Shown here piece after piece: positions 19,718 through 34,666 of a stretch of 64,000 nucleotides of DNA (positions are counted from its first letter, which is position 1; each line of letters begins with the position of its first letter). The position numbers and the translations under genes are program-made. The stretch covers positions 22,568,001 to 22,632,000 of the forward strand of contig NC_042998.1 of the NCBI RefSeq assembly GCF_006345805.1, given 5' to 3'. The DNA comes from Octopus sinensis (lineage: Eukaryota). The notes under the pieces were generated by a model, which ran no database searches, was not told the DNA's origin, and saw nothing but the letters and a program-made list of their open reading frames with translations.

Positions 19718-22664
19718 TGATTGATTTAGTTTCAGCTTATGAGCTGTGGCCATGCTGGGGCACCGCCATTTGGTGTTGCTACTTGGTTTCACTTCATGGA
19801 GGCTTTCTAGCAACTGCTATTTGGTGCATGAGAGAGTTCGATGCAGCTGCCCTCATCTGCCCCTCCTGCCGTGAAGTTGGTTCATCTGGACACCTGACAG
19901 GAAGAGATCCAGCTTCATTTTAAAGACATCTGTATCCACCCCATGCAGGTCTCTCAGGTTCTTCGGGAGGATATTGAAGAGCTGTGGGCCTCGGAAGCCC
20001 AGGCTATCACAGAATCTTGCCTACATCTTGATGGCAGGTTTGGAGTCCTAGGCACCACGCAGTGGCGCCCAGGTTCTGGCATTTGCGTAACTCTCGATGC
20101 CAAAGTTCAGGACACTTCCCTCCAGGATCTTCCAGATGTATATTATGGCATATCTTTCCCGCCTACGCTCCAGGGAATATAATTTTAATCTCTTGAGTCT
20201 TTCCCAGTAGCTTACATTCTGCATAGAGGCTATCTCTTTTGTGTAGCTTCGTTGGATCGCCTCAAGTTCTGTGATCAACTTGACACTGGATGGTGACCAT
20301 AGCTGAGAGCAATAGTCAAAGTGGCTTAGGACAAGTGTCTTCCAGAGGACCATCATGGTTTCTTGTTCTCTTGTTCTAAAGGTTCTAAGAATCCAGCCAG
20401 CCAGCCGTCTACATTTCATTGTCAGTTTAGCAACATGTACATGAAAGGTCGCGTCATCACTCATGTGAATACCCAGGTCACGCACTGATTGTGCCTCTGG
20501 GATTGCAATCCCTCCGGGTCCAGTGTATTCATTGGGTATTGCATTCAGTTTTGCATCCTGATAGTATAAAGCTTGAAACTTTCCAGCATTGAACTGCATG
20601 CTATTTCTTTCAGCCCACTTGTATATTTCGTCCAGCTCACATTGCAGGTGTTTAGTGTCCTCAGGGTTCTGTATTGCCTGTGAAACTTTTGTATCATCTG
20701 CATAACTTGTGATCGTGGCTCTCTGCGTGGCTGAGGGCATGTCTGAGAGGGCCATTATGAACAGTAGTGGTCCCAGAACAGTGCCCTGCGGAACACCGCT
20801 CACTATTTGTGTGTTAATGGAGGTGGCCCCATTGGCTACTACCACCTGACTTCTATCCTTTAGAAAGTCATGAAGCCATCTCCCAGTTTTCCAACTATGT
20901 TGAGATCACGCAGTTTGTGACATATCATTCCATGATCGACTTTATCAAAGGCCTTTGCAAAGTCGAGATATATCACTTCCACATTTGAGTGGTTGAGCAG
21001 CCGTTTCAGCACCCAGTCATAGTGTTGTATGAGCTGAGTTAAACAGCTTCTCTCTGGTCGGAAACCATGTTGGGTGTCGGGCAGCAAGTCATTCTCTTCA
21101 AGGAAGGTGATCAGCTTCCTTCTGACTATTCGTTCCATGACCTTGCTGATGTGTGAGGTCAGAGAGATAGGTCTATAGTTCTTGGCTTCCGCTCTGCAAC
21201 CTCCTTTATGAATGGGGCATATTTTACCTTCCTTCCGTTTTCCTGGAAGTTTGCCAGCTGCAAGGAAGCTCTGAAAGAGGAACTGCAGTGGTCTTGCTAG
21301 GACTCTCTTACATGCTTTTAGGAGGATTGCCGGGAATCCATCGGGGCCAGTAGCTGAGTCTGTTTCATTTCATCTATAGCCTTGGTTACATCGTCTTCCT
21401 TTATATCGATGTAATCTATCGTCGCCGCCTCTGATTTTATATCTGCAGTGGTTAAAAAAGTCAGTTGGATTGGTGATTTGGAGATGCCAAAGGGGTGGAG
21501 TGAAAACTCTTGAATTGCTCATTCAGTATTTCACTTACCCTCATTGGTTTTCCTGTAAGTGTGCCATCCTTTTCGAGGAGTGGCCCTATTCTACAGTGCA
21601 CTGTAGCTGTTTCTTTGGCATACCTGTAGAAAGCTCTGGGGTTAGATTTTATGTTTCTATAGCCCAGGCTTCTTTGTCTGCTCTTTCTTTTTCATGGGAG
21701 AGTTGCAGACATTTTTCGATTTCCAACAGTTTTATTTTAGGCGGGACTTTTTGCTTTCAATCTGTTTGTTTAGGCGATTTGAAAATTTCGTACGCCGTCT
21801 CATTAAAATTTTCCTCTCTCTGGGGATTTTGTTCTTGTGTACAGTGGCCTTTCTCTCTGGGACACATTTGTAGCATATGGCTTGCATTACAGACATGAAT
21901 TGTTGAAGTTTCACGTCGATGTCTGGCGAGGAGAGACATTTAGGCCAGTTTTGTTTGAGGATCTCTTTCTCAATTTGTTTCCAGTTTGCCTTATGGTAGT
22001 TCAAGCTGGAAAGATTTTGGGGGTTTCTTGTAGGCTGCATGTCCGTGCTCTCTTTTGGCCCGTACATGGTCAGCTATCATGTTGTGATCCGAGAGTAGTG
22101 TCGGTGTCACTTTCACATTATGGATGAGATCCATGTCATTTGTGAAGCAGAGATCCAGTGTGTTACCTGCCCTGGTTGGTTGGAGTATTACCTGCTCCAT
22201 GTACAGGGTGTTGATGAGGTTCAGGAGGGACCTCGCCTGTCCTCGTTCACATCTTGTCATTCCTGGGAGAGAAAGGCCCTCGGGCCATCTGACATTGGGC
22301 AGATTGAAGTCTCCCATAAGAAGCACACCTATGTGTTGTTCTAATGTGGTTAGAATTTCTTCTATTTTTATAAGGCAGTCTTCAAATTGCCCACATGGCT
22401 TGGGGCATCTGGAGGGCGATATGTAGCACCACACACAACTACATCAAGTTGCCTAATATGTACAATTAGTGTGTCACACACCGAGTTTGAGTATGAAAAG
22501 AGGACCTGGGGTGTGAGGTCCTCAGGATGTACATAGCAACACCTCCATGACTCCTTCTTTCCTGTCGGTCCGTAGTACAGCATACTGTGGTATTGTAACT
22601 CCGCATCTGCTATGTCCGGTTTCAGGTGCGTTTCTGTAAGTGCTATGCATAAGCTTGATTGCAT
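19718..22664 (-). mobile_element. CR1-group LINE, 5'-truncated, near-complete frameshifted ORF2 plus 3' tail
   Basis: [40 protein letters not shown] (APE); QHGFRPERSCLTQL, YLDFAKAFDKVDH, VPQGTVLGPLLF, YADDTK, RDLGI (RT); LERRRERY; tail GGCGGTGCCCCAGCATGGCCACAGCTCATAAGCTGAAAC. Confidence 0.9.
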
Positions 22665-22669
22665 GCAAC

Positions 22670-22713
22670 ATATATATGTGTTTGTATATATATATAATAT
22701 ATATATGTGTTTG

Positions 22714-22757
<44 letters not shown>

Positions 22758-24050
22758 GTGTGGTAATATATATATATATATATATATGTGGTGTTGTAAT
22801 ATATATATGTGTTAAATATATATATATATATGTGTGTGTATGCGATAATATATATATATATATATATATATTATGTGTGTGTGTGTGTGTAATATATATA
22901 TATATATATATATGTGTGTATGTAATTATTATGTGTAATATATATATAATATATATGTGTTGTATATATATATATATATTATATATGTGTGTGTATTATA
23001 TTATATAATATATATATATGTGTGTTGGATATTATATATATGTGTATATTATATATATATATGTGTGTGTGTATATATATATAAGGATGTGTTGATATAT
23101 ATATATAGTTGTGTTGTATATATATATATGTGTGTGTATCTATATATATATATATATGTGTGTATATATATGGTGTATTATATCTATATATATGTGTGTA
23201 TATATATATATATATATGTGTATATATATAGATATTATATGTGTATACATATTATATATATAATATATATATATGTGTGTTGTATATATATATAGTATAT
23301 ATGTGGTGTATATATATTTATAAATATGTGTGTATATATTTTATATATTATGTGTTATATATATAATTATATATGTGTGTATATATATATATATGTGTGT
23401 ATATTATTATATATATATGTGTGTGATTGTATATCTATAATATATTGATGTTTGTATATATATATATATATTGTGGTGTATATATATATTATATATGTGT
23501 ATGTCTATATATATATATATATGTGTGTGTATATATATATATCATATATGTGTTGTGTGTATATAATATATATATATAGTGTGTGTTATATATATAATAT
23601 GTGTGTATATATATATATATGTGTGTATATATATATATATATGTGTGTATATATATATATATATATGTGTGTAATATATATATATATGTGTGTATATATA
23701 TATATATATAGGTGTGTATATAATATATATATATGGGTGTATATATATAATATATGTGGGTATATATATATATATATGTGTGTATTGATATATATATATA
23801 TATGTGTTGATATATATATATATATGTGTGTATATATATATATATATAATTGTGGTGTATATATATATATATATATATATATATGTGCGTGTATATATAT
23901 ATATATGTGTGGTGTATTATATATATATATATTGGTGTATATATATATATATTTAACATGTGTAGTATATATATATCTATATATATATATTATAATAGTG
24001 TGTGTGTATTAGATATATATATGTATATATTATATATATATATATATATA

Positions 24051-24129
<79 letters not shown>

Positions 24130-24145
24130 ATATATATATATGTAT

Positions 24146-24176
<31 letters not shown>

Positions 24177-24520
24177 GTGTGTATATATATATATAATGTG
24201 TGTGTTATATATATATATGTGTGTATATATATATATGTGTATTATATATAGATATTGTGGTATATATATATATATATGTGTGTATATATATATATATGGT
24301 GTGATATATATATATGTGTGTGTTATATATATATATGTGTATATATATATATAGTGGTGGGTATAATATATCTATAGTTGTGTGTGTATATATATATATA
24401 TGTGTGTATATTTAATTATTATATATATGTGTATATATATATATATGTGTTGTAATATATATATATATATAAATGCTTGTGTATATATGTACACACTCAC
24501 ATATATATATATATTTATAT
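22670..24520. repeat. ~1.85-kb compound (TA)n/(TG)n microsatellite tract
   Basis: Direct inspection. Confidence 0.95.
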
Positions 24521-24836
24521 GTAGGCGTAGCATGGCTATGTGATAAGAAGTTTGCTTCCCAACCCATGGTATCAGGTACAGTCCCACCGCGCGGTACCTT
24601 CGACAAGTGCCTTCTAATATAGCCTCGGGTTGACCAAAGCCTTGTGAGTGGATTTGGCAGAGAGAAACTGAAAGTACGTTGTGCTACGGAAGGACTGCTG
24701 TTAGACTCCCAGTTCGATAATAGTATGAGTGAGGAGTCTAATGCGGGTCGTGTGTGAGCGAGTATATGTTGAATACAATGAGACAACAAAGTTAAAGCAG
24801 TGTGACAATTCTAGGACTTTCATAAAGTGAACGGTA

Positions 24837-24882
24837 GTCTTACAGCTGTTTCAGGGACATAAGATATCCCATCATCAGAGAC
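24837..24882 (-). ncRNA. Minimal type I hammerhead ribozyme motif
   Basis: GTCT-CTGATGA-T-GGGATA TCTTA TGTCCC-T-GAAA-CAGCTG-TA-AGAC: stem I GTCT/AGAC, conserved core, stem II, palindromic ACAGCTGT stem III, GUA cleavage triplet. Confidence 0.7.
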
Positions 24883-25057
24883 GATATGAGAGAGTTAAAT
24901 AGAAGGAAATAATAGGGTTCAATATAAGAGTTATTTTGGAAAGAGAGAGATATAGGAAGTATAAAGGGAAATATAAGAATAAAAATATATGTTGGATGTC
25001 ACTATCAAAATAAATTCTCATATTGAACTCTATTTCCTTGTTTATATCTCTCATATC

Positions 25058-25105
25058 GTCTCTGACGATGGGATATCCTTTATATCCCTGAAACAGCTGT
25101 AAGAC
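25058..25105 (+). ncRNA. Minimal type I hammerhead ribozyme motif
   Basis: GTCT-CTGACGA-T-GGGATAT CCTTT ATATCCC-T-GAAA-CAGCTG-TA-AGAC; predicted cleavage after A25101. Confidence 0.72.
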
Positions 25106-25789
25106 TACCTCTCTCTTTATAAATGTCCTAGAAATTTCACACTGCCTTGGCTTTGTTGTCACATTTTATTCAACACACATATATGTGTGTGTGTGTCTTA
25201 ATGTCTGTGTTCGTTCCCCACCACCGGTGTTAGTGTACTTACGCTCCTATAACTTAACGGTTCGGCAAGAGATACCGACAGATTAAGTATCAGGCTAAAG
25301 AAAAAGTAAGTACTGGAGTCGATTCGTTCGGCTAAGATTCTTCATGGCGGTGCCCCAGCATGGCCGCAGTCTAATGACAGGTTATCGTATAAGGTTATCA
25401 TAGGAAGAACAGTAAAAAAACGTGGTGTGCAAGAAAGTTTTTAAATAGGAATAATTTACGTTTGTAGTTAAGGTGTAGGATTTTTGCGTAAGAGATAAGG
25501 ATTGTGCAAACTGAAGAGCCATCAAGTAAAAAGGGAAAAGCAAACAGAAAGATCGGAGATGAAAAACCCATGCTTGAAGAACAAAGAATATAACAAAAGA
25601 TTAAAAGAAAAACAACCTAACTGAATAAAGAAAAAGGAAAGCAATTATATACCCAAAGACGGAGAAATATATTGCACCAATGATGAAACAATAATTAGAA
25701 CAGCAAAAGAAAATGGCAGATAAAAATGACCGAATATTAAAGTCAACTACACAGAATAACCAGAGAGGAACAGTTTACCTTCTTCAATA

Positions 25790-26035
25790 TACATATATGT
25801 GTGTATATTTATATTATACAAATATATTTCATATGCGCATATATATATATATATATATATGGTTATATATATATATATATACTGTTGTATATATATATAT
25901 ATATATGTGTATATATATATATACATGTGTATATATAATATATATTATATATATATATATATGTGTATATATATATATACATGTGTATATATATATATAT
26001 ATATATATACATGTGTATTTATAGGTATATACATG

Positions 26036-26066
<31 letters not shown>

Positions 26067-26540
26067 ATATATACATGTGTATGTATATATATATACATAT
26101 ACATGTGTGTGTGTATATATATACATGTGTATGTATATATATACATATTACATGTGTATGTATATATATATACATATACATGGTATGTATATATTACATG
26201 TGTAGTATATATATACATGTGTATGATATATATATACATTTGTATGTATATATATATACATGTGTATGTATATATATATTCATGTGTGTGTATGTATATA
26301 TATATTCATGTGTATGTATGTATATATATATATATATACATATACATGTATATATATATACATGTATATATATATACATGTGTATATATATTCATGTGTA
26401 TATATGTATATATATACATGTATATATATATATTCATGTGTGTGTATATATGTATATATATGTGTGTGTGTGTATATATATAATATATATATATATATCT
26501 ACATATGTGTATATGTATTTACATATATGTGCGTGTGTAA
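25790..26540. repeat. Compound (TA)n/TACATG microsatellite tract
   Basis: Direct inspection. Confidence 0.95.
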
Positions 26541-26999
26541 AACATGAGAAATGAGCCATGAAATCAGTAAAATATAAACATCTTACTGTTAAAGAACGAT
26601 AAAATCCAAAGAGCAAGCAAACAATGAAGAATCCTAGTGATGGCCGGAGAACTAAAAAAAAAAATAACCCAAGTAAGAAAAGTACAAACAAATGATGAAA
26701 AACTAATGATTCTTCGAAGATAAAGAGCCAAGAATATAAACTAATATGAACACTGGAAGAACAAAACTAAGAATAGAACCAAAATTGAGGAACGAAGTAT
26801 ATAACCAAAGAAAACACCAACCAGGGATACGATTCCTTTCGTAGATGACAGAGCCTTCGAGTTTGTGTAGTTTATCTCCATGTTGAATTTTTTATGTCAA
26901 TTCTGTTTCGTGTATATTTTCAGTTTCTTAAAGATAGTCTTTTAGAGTTTAATCTAAGTATATCCGTTGTCGTATGACAGGGCTGAGGAAGATTCTTTT

Positions 27000-27290
27000 G
27001 TTCGTTTTTTCGTTTCGGTCATGCGGCTACGGTCATACTGAGCACCACCGTGATTTTGTAGTTTGCATCATTCTTCTTGGCTGATTTCTTCTCTCTGGTG
27101 GGGATTTCATATGATCAATCCTGCATCTGGTTGTTCCTTTGGTTGCCGGATCATTTGGTGTATGAAGGATTCTGACACGGCTACCCTCGTCTGTACCTAT
27201 GCCAGGCCGTTAGTTCGTCGGTATGTGGACAGGAAAAGTCTTGTTCGTTTTGGAAACATCCACGTCCAAATTCTGTAGGTTTCTTCATTT
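27000..27290 (-). mobile_element. CR1-group LINE 3'-end relic
   Basis: Reverse strand resembles 56885-57128 (GTACAGACGAGGG shared) and ends in a degenerate version of the same tail. Confidence 0.6.
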
Positions 27291-27378
27291 TCCATTTTTT
27301 TTCTTTTTTATGTTGAAACGATGCTGAAAAGTTTGAAGGATAGCAAAAGCTAAACACACATGTTGCTTCATTATATAC

Positions 27379-27618
27379 CTATTTCTTTATTACCCAAAAG
27401 GGCTAAATACAGAGGGGACAAACAAGGACAACAGAGGACAAGGCGGTTACTAAGTCGATTCACCGACCCCGTGCGTAACTGGTACTTAATTTATCGACCC
27501 GAAAGGGTGAAAGGCAAAGTCGACCTCGGCGGAATTTGAACTCAGAACGTAACGCAGACGAAATACCGCTCTAGCATTTCGGCCCGGCGTGCTAACGTTC
27601 TGCCAACTCGCCGCCTTG
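27379..27618 (-). mobile_element. SINE family B monomer with 12-bp TSD
   Basis: TTCATTATATAC at 27367-27378 and 27619-27630. Confidence 0.85.
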
Positions 27619-27903
27619 TTCATTATATACTATCACATAGGTATACTATATATACATACGTATATGTGCTCATGATCAACGGAACAGCCCCTCGTGAATT
27701 AACGTGTAGGTGGCTGAGCACTCACACAGACACACGGAACCTTAACGTAGTTCTCATGGAAATTCAGCATGACATAGAATGGGACAAGACTAGCTCTTGT
27801 ATCACTCATTTGTCCATCTGAGTGAACTGGAACAACGTCGAGTAAAGCGTCTTGCTCAAAGACTATAGGAAAAGGTCTGAAATTTTGTGGGAGGGGGCGA
27901 GAC

Positions 27904-28003
27904 NNNNNNNNNNNNNNNNNNNNNNNNNNNNNNNNNNNNNNNNNNNNNNNNNNNNNNNNNNNNNNNNNNNNNNNNNNNNNNNNNNNNNNNNNNNNNNNNN
28001 NNN
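27904..28003. other. Assembly gap (100 N)
   Basis: Run of N. Confidence 1.
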
Positions 28004-29244
28004 GGCTCGTTGCTGTTCTATTTTTAGTTTGGATTTCATTTGTTTTATAGCTTTTGTTGTTTCTTCATCATCTTCTTCTTCTTCTTTGTGTTTATTAGGT
28101 GGTATGATTTCTTGTTTGTATTTGTCAGCTTCCTTAAATACTGAGAACAGTTTTTGTTTTGCTCGTGTTTTGCTGCTATCTGGATCAGTTTTCCTTCCTT
28201 CTGGAGTAGGTATTTTTGCAGTCCTATGGTGGTTATTTTATAGTAGTTTTCCAGCTGTATAAGGCCTCTACCACTTTCTATACGTTGTATAATAGTCTTT
28301 CTATGTCAGATTTTGGGTGATGCATCCTAGATCCTGTCAGTATTTTTCTTGTTTTCCTATCTATTTTGGACAGTTCATTTCGTGTCAGTTAAGGATATGT
28401 AGCTGTAACTTATAACTGGGACAGCTAAAGTGTTGATACCTCTTATCTTGTTTTTAGCATTGAGCTCTGTTTTTAGTATTGATCTAACTCGTCTATAATA
28501 TTCTTTTTTTATTTCTCTTTCATTTGTGTGTGTTGTGTCTTATCTAGTTCATGGATTCCTAAGTATTTGTAAGTTTGGCTTTGGTCTAATTCTTTTATTT
28601 CATTGGTTTTATCTAGTGTGATGTTGTTACTCTTAACTAGTTTTCCTCTTTTCATGGTTACTTTGGCGCATTTTTCTAATCCAAATTTCATATCTATTTC
28701 TTGGTAAATCCATGAACTGTCTTTAATAGTGTTTCCAGCTGTTTGTCATTTGCAGCGTATAGTTTTAGGTCATCCATATAAAAGGTGGCTGATCGTTTTG
28801 CCGTAACATTTATATCCGCATCCAGTTCTATTTAGCATATCAGATAGAGGTGACAGTGCCAAGCAGAAAAGGAGTGGGAGAGCGTGTCTCCCTGGAATAT
28901 TCCTCTTCTAATGGGTATGTCTTTGGTTTTCATGAGTCCCTCTTTTGTTTGGAGGTGTAGGACTGTTTGCCATTTATTCATAGAGTGCTCTATGAATTTT
29001 ATGATTGTTGGTGCTACTTTGTTAATGGCTAGTGTTTCGAGGATCCATGTGTGGGGGATGCTATCAAACGCCTTTTTGTAGTCAATCCAGGCCATACTGA
29101 GGCCTTTCTTCTTTCTGTGGCTGTCTTCAGTTACGGCTTTATTAATCATTAGTTGATCTTACAGCCATATGAGCCCTTGCGGCATCCTTTCTGCTCTTCT
29201 GGGAACAGTTTGTTTTCGTCCAGGTGCTTGTTCAGCCTTTGCGA
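28004..29244 (-). mobile_element. R4/Dong-type non-LTR retrotransposon, 5'-truncated RT region, cut off by the gap
   Basis: EEQKGCRKGSYGC, AWIDYKKAFDSIPH, RGIFQGDTLS, HLLYMDDLK, MKFGLEKCA, TYKYLGI; 5' junction abuts the (AAT)n tract. Confidence 0.85.
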
Positions 29245-29301
<57 letters not shown>

Positions 29302-29345
29302 CATTATTATTATTATTATTGCCATTATTATTATATTATTATTAT
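29245..29345. repeat. (TAT)n / (AAT)n microsatellite
   Basis: Direct inspection. Confidence 0.95.
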
Positions 29346-29597
29346 TGAGTGAGAGAGCAGTGCATGCCATCAAAGTGACACTGGGGTAAAATATACGAAG
29401 CCCAGTATACCCATCATGACTACCTATCTGATAAGGGTAAACCAGGCACATGCATCACAACCATATGTGCGCCACATGGTGATCTCATATCAAAATAAAC
29501 AGCACATGATCTTGCAGGTGGGGCCCAGTTAGAATTTTCTTCTGGTCGAGTAGCCCATCCCGCTCAAAAGGTCCCTGAATAAGGATTGTTTAAGGAT
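29346..29597 (-). mobile_element. 3' part of a non-coding interspersed repeat ending in (AAT)n
   Basis: High identity to 40091-40345; both end CTGCTCTCTCACTCAAT next to an (AAT)n tract. Confidence 0.75.
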
Positions 29598-31810
<2,213 letters not shown>

Positions 31811-32163
31811 ACTTTCAAAATACAAAGACCTGGAAATGGAGGTAACCAGAATGTGGAATCTAAAAACAGAAACAATTCCTATCATAGTAGGTGCATTAGG
31901 CATGATAAAAAAATATTCAGACAAATACATAACAAAAACACCAGGACTTACAAACACATAACATACAGAAAATTGCACTACTAGGCACTGCACACATCCT
32001 ACGCAGAACACTTTCCATACAATAACCATCAGAGCATCACAACAAATCACAGCACATACCCAAGGCACACAGAACTGCGCTCGGTAGTGAAGTGAAAGCA
32101 CGCTATAGTAATAAAACTACTGAATAATAATAATAATAATAATAAATAAATAAATAAATAAAT
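31811..32163 (+). mobile_element. R4/Dong-type 3' fragment with (AAT)n/(AAAT)n tail
   Basis: KLSKYKDLEMEVTRMWNLKTETIPIIVGALG...QKIALLGTAHILRRTLS*, then a short UTR and tail. Confidence 0.85.
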
Positions 32164-32289
32164 GAAATTTAGGCGCATATGCGGCACGAACTCCTTTCCT
32201 AGTTGCATCATTTGTTAAGTAGTAGATCATAAGGAGTTCTAATTATGTCATGTTATTAGACATTATATCAAAGTATGAGTGTGTGTATG

Positions 32290-32748
32290 TGTGTGAGAGA
32301 GAGTTGGCATACATACATACATACATACATACATACATACATACATACATACATACATACATACATACATGCATACATACATACATACATACATACATAC
32401 ATACACACACCGACGCACTTTTAGCTCAATGAACGACATAGATCCTGGAGATACTTCTATCACCCAGCAACTACTACTTACACTAAGTGGTGTACTGCTT
32501 TCACATTTTGACGGTGCTTCTCATACACAGGCGAATTTCCGATGCAGGATCCATAAATAAACCCTACTCTATTACGTGGCGTGGAGGCATGACTTTCACT
32601 CTTCTCTCTCTCTCTCTCTTTGTCTCTCGCTCTCCGTCTTCCACTCACTCTGTATGTATGTATGTATGTATGTATGTATGTATGTATGTATGTATGCATG
32701 TATGTATGTATGTATATATGTATGTATGTATGTATGTATGAATGTATG

Positions 32749-32782
<34 letters not shown>

Positions 32783-32812
32783 TGTATGTATGTATGTATG
32801 AGTGTATGTATG

Positions 32813-32846
<34 letters not shown>

Positions 32847-33130
32847 TGAGTGTATGTATGTATATATGTATGTATGTATGTATGCATGTTTGCATGTATG
32901 TATGTATGTATGTATGTATGTATGTATGTATGAATGTATGTATGTATGTATGTATGTATGTATGGATGTATGTATGTATGTATGTATGTATGTATGTATG
33001 TATGAGTGTATGTATGTATGTATGTATGTATGTATGTATGTATGTATGTATGTATGTATGTATGAGTGTATGTACGTATGTATGTATGTATGTATGTATG
33101 TATGTATGTATGTATGTATTGATGTATATG
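32290..33130. repeat. (TACA)n and (TATG)n tracts in opposite orientation around a unique spacer
   Basis: 32290-32410 (TACA)n; 32650-33130 (TATG)n. Confidence 0.95.
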
Positions 33131-33375
33131 TCGTTTTTCTTTATGTCTTGCTCCCAATCTGTTTTTGTTCAACGTTTTTTCATGTTCGCTCACTTGTACC
33201 CTCAGCATTTTGCTATTAACTCCCAAAATGAACAATCTTATAGATTATTGCGTGAAATCGTATTGATTTTGGGCCGATAACTGATGAGGGATGATCACGC
33301 CTACGTCTTGGTGTGGTTTTACCATGGGTTCCTTCATCGTACAGTTAGTGTACACACACACACATATATATAGCC

Positions 33376-33666
33376 TTTTATTCTTTTATTCTTTTACTTG
33401 TTTTAGTCATTTGACTGCGACCATGCTGGAGTACTGCCTTAAAGGGTTTCACTCGAGGAAATTGACCCCAAGACTTATTCTATCGGTCGCTTTTGCCGAA
33501 CTGCTAAGTCATTACGGGGACATAAACACACCAGCATCGGTGTCAAGCGATGGTGAGGGTACAAACACAGACACAAACACACACAAATATTACACATACA
33601 TGTTATTATATATATATATATATAATATATATATATTATATATATATATATGTATATATATATATG

Positions 33667-33708
<42 letters not shown>

Positions 33709-33900
33709 GATATATATATATATTATATATATAATATATATACACGTTGGGCTTCTTTCAGTTTCCGTCTACCAAATCCATTCACAAGGTTCTGGTCGTT
33801 CCGGAGCCATAGTGGAAGACAAATGCCCAAGATGCCACGCAGTCAGTGAGACTGAACGCGGAACCATGTGTATGGGAAGCTTCTTACCACACAGCCAAGC
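33376..33900 (-). mobile_element. SINE family A, near full length with central (TA)n
   Basis: Reverse complement of 33987-34392. Confidence 0.85.
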
Positions 33901-33930
33901 ATATATGTATGTATATATATATATAATATA

Positions 33931-33986
<56 letters not shown>

Positions 33987-33988
<2 letters not shown>

Positions 33989-34392
33989 GCGCAGGAGTGG
34001 CTTGTGGTAAGTAGCTTGCTTACCAACCACATGGTTCCGGGTTCAGTCCCACGCGTGGCACCTTGGGCAAGTGTCTTCTACTATAGCCTCGGACCGACCA
34101 CGCCTTGTGGGTGGATTTGGTAGACGGAAACTGAAAAAAGCCCCCGTCGTATATATGTATATGTATATATATGTGTGTGTGGTGGTGTGTGTGTGTGTTT
34201 GTGTTTGTCCCCCTAGCATTGCTTGACAACCGATGCTGGTGTGTTTATGTCCCCGTTACTTAGCGGTTCGGCAAAACAGACCGATAGAATAAGTACTGGG
34301 CCTACAAAAGAATAAGTCCCGGGGTCGAGTTGCTCGATTAAAGGCGGTGCTCCAGCATGGCCGCAGTCAAATGACTGAAACAAGTAAAAGAG
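33987..34392 (+). mobile_element. SINE family A, full length
   Basis: A/B-box head, central microsatellite, tail GGCGGTGCTCCAGCATGGCCGCAGTCAAATGACTGAAACAAGTAAAAGAG. Confidence 0.9.
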
Positions 34393-34625
34393 AAAAAAAT
34401 AAAAGAGAATATAGTCCACCAAAAAAATGTAGACACATTTTAGGAAACGAAAAAAAAATCTGTATAAATATTTTTATTCGGTGTTATTGCAATTTATTAG
34501 TGTTTTCGCATTTTTATCAAACATCGAAAGAGGTTTTATATTTATAGAGATACTTGTAGAAGTTAAATATTTATTTATACAGAATATTTCCTTTCCTGAC
34601 GTGTGTATACATTTTTGGTGGACTC

Positions 34626-34666
<41 letters not shown>

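Larger units (their letters stand above)
24767..25176. repeat. Inverted repeat with ~160-bp arms and ~90-bp spacer (Penelope-like inverted terminal repeats)
   Basis: 24767-24930 is an imperfect reverse complement of 25017-25176; each arm carries a hammerhead motif. Confidence 0.85.
24523..25380 (+). mobile_element. Diverged SINE family A, split by the inverted-repeat insertion
   Basis: Head at 24523-24675; body and tail (GGCGGTGCCCCAGCATGGCCGCAGTCTAATGAC) at 25185-25380. Confidence 0.75.

Noticed and set aside
17934-26554. Dozens of ORFs rich in Y/I/C/V/M/H/T, also at 32250-33280 and 43197-44486
   Set aside because: They are translations of (TA)n, (TG)n and (TACA)n tracts, which lack stop codons in several frames.
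25400-26830. A-rich strand-biased stretches suggesting a Penelope RT relic
   Set aside because: No clear RT or GIY-YIG motif found.
33987-34070. tRNA genes at SINE heads (also 12423, 37761, 44597)
   Set aside because: A and B boxes are present, but I could not fold a full cloverleaf, and each continues into a SINE body, often with TSDs.
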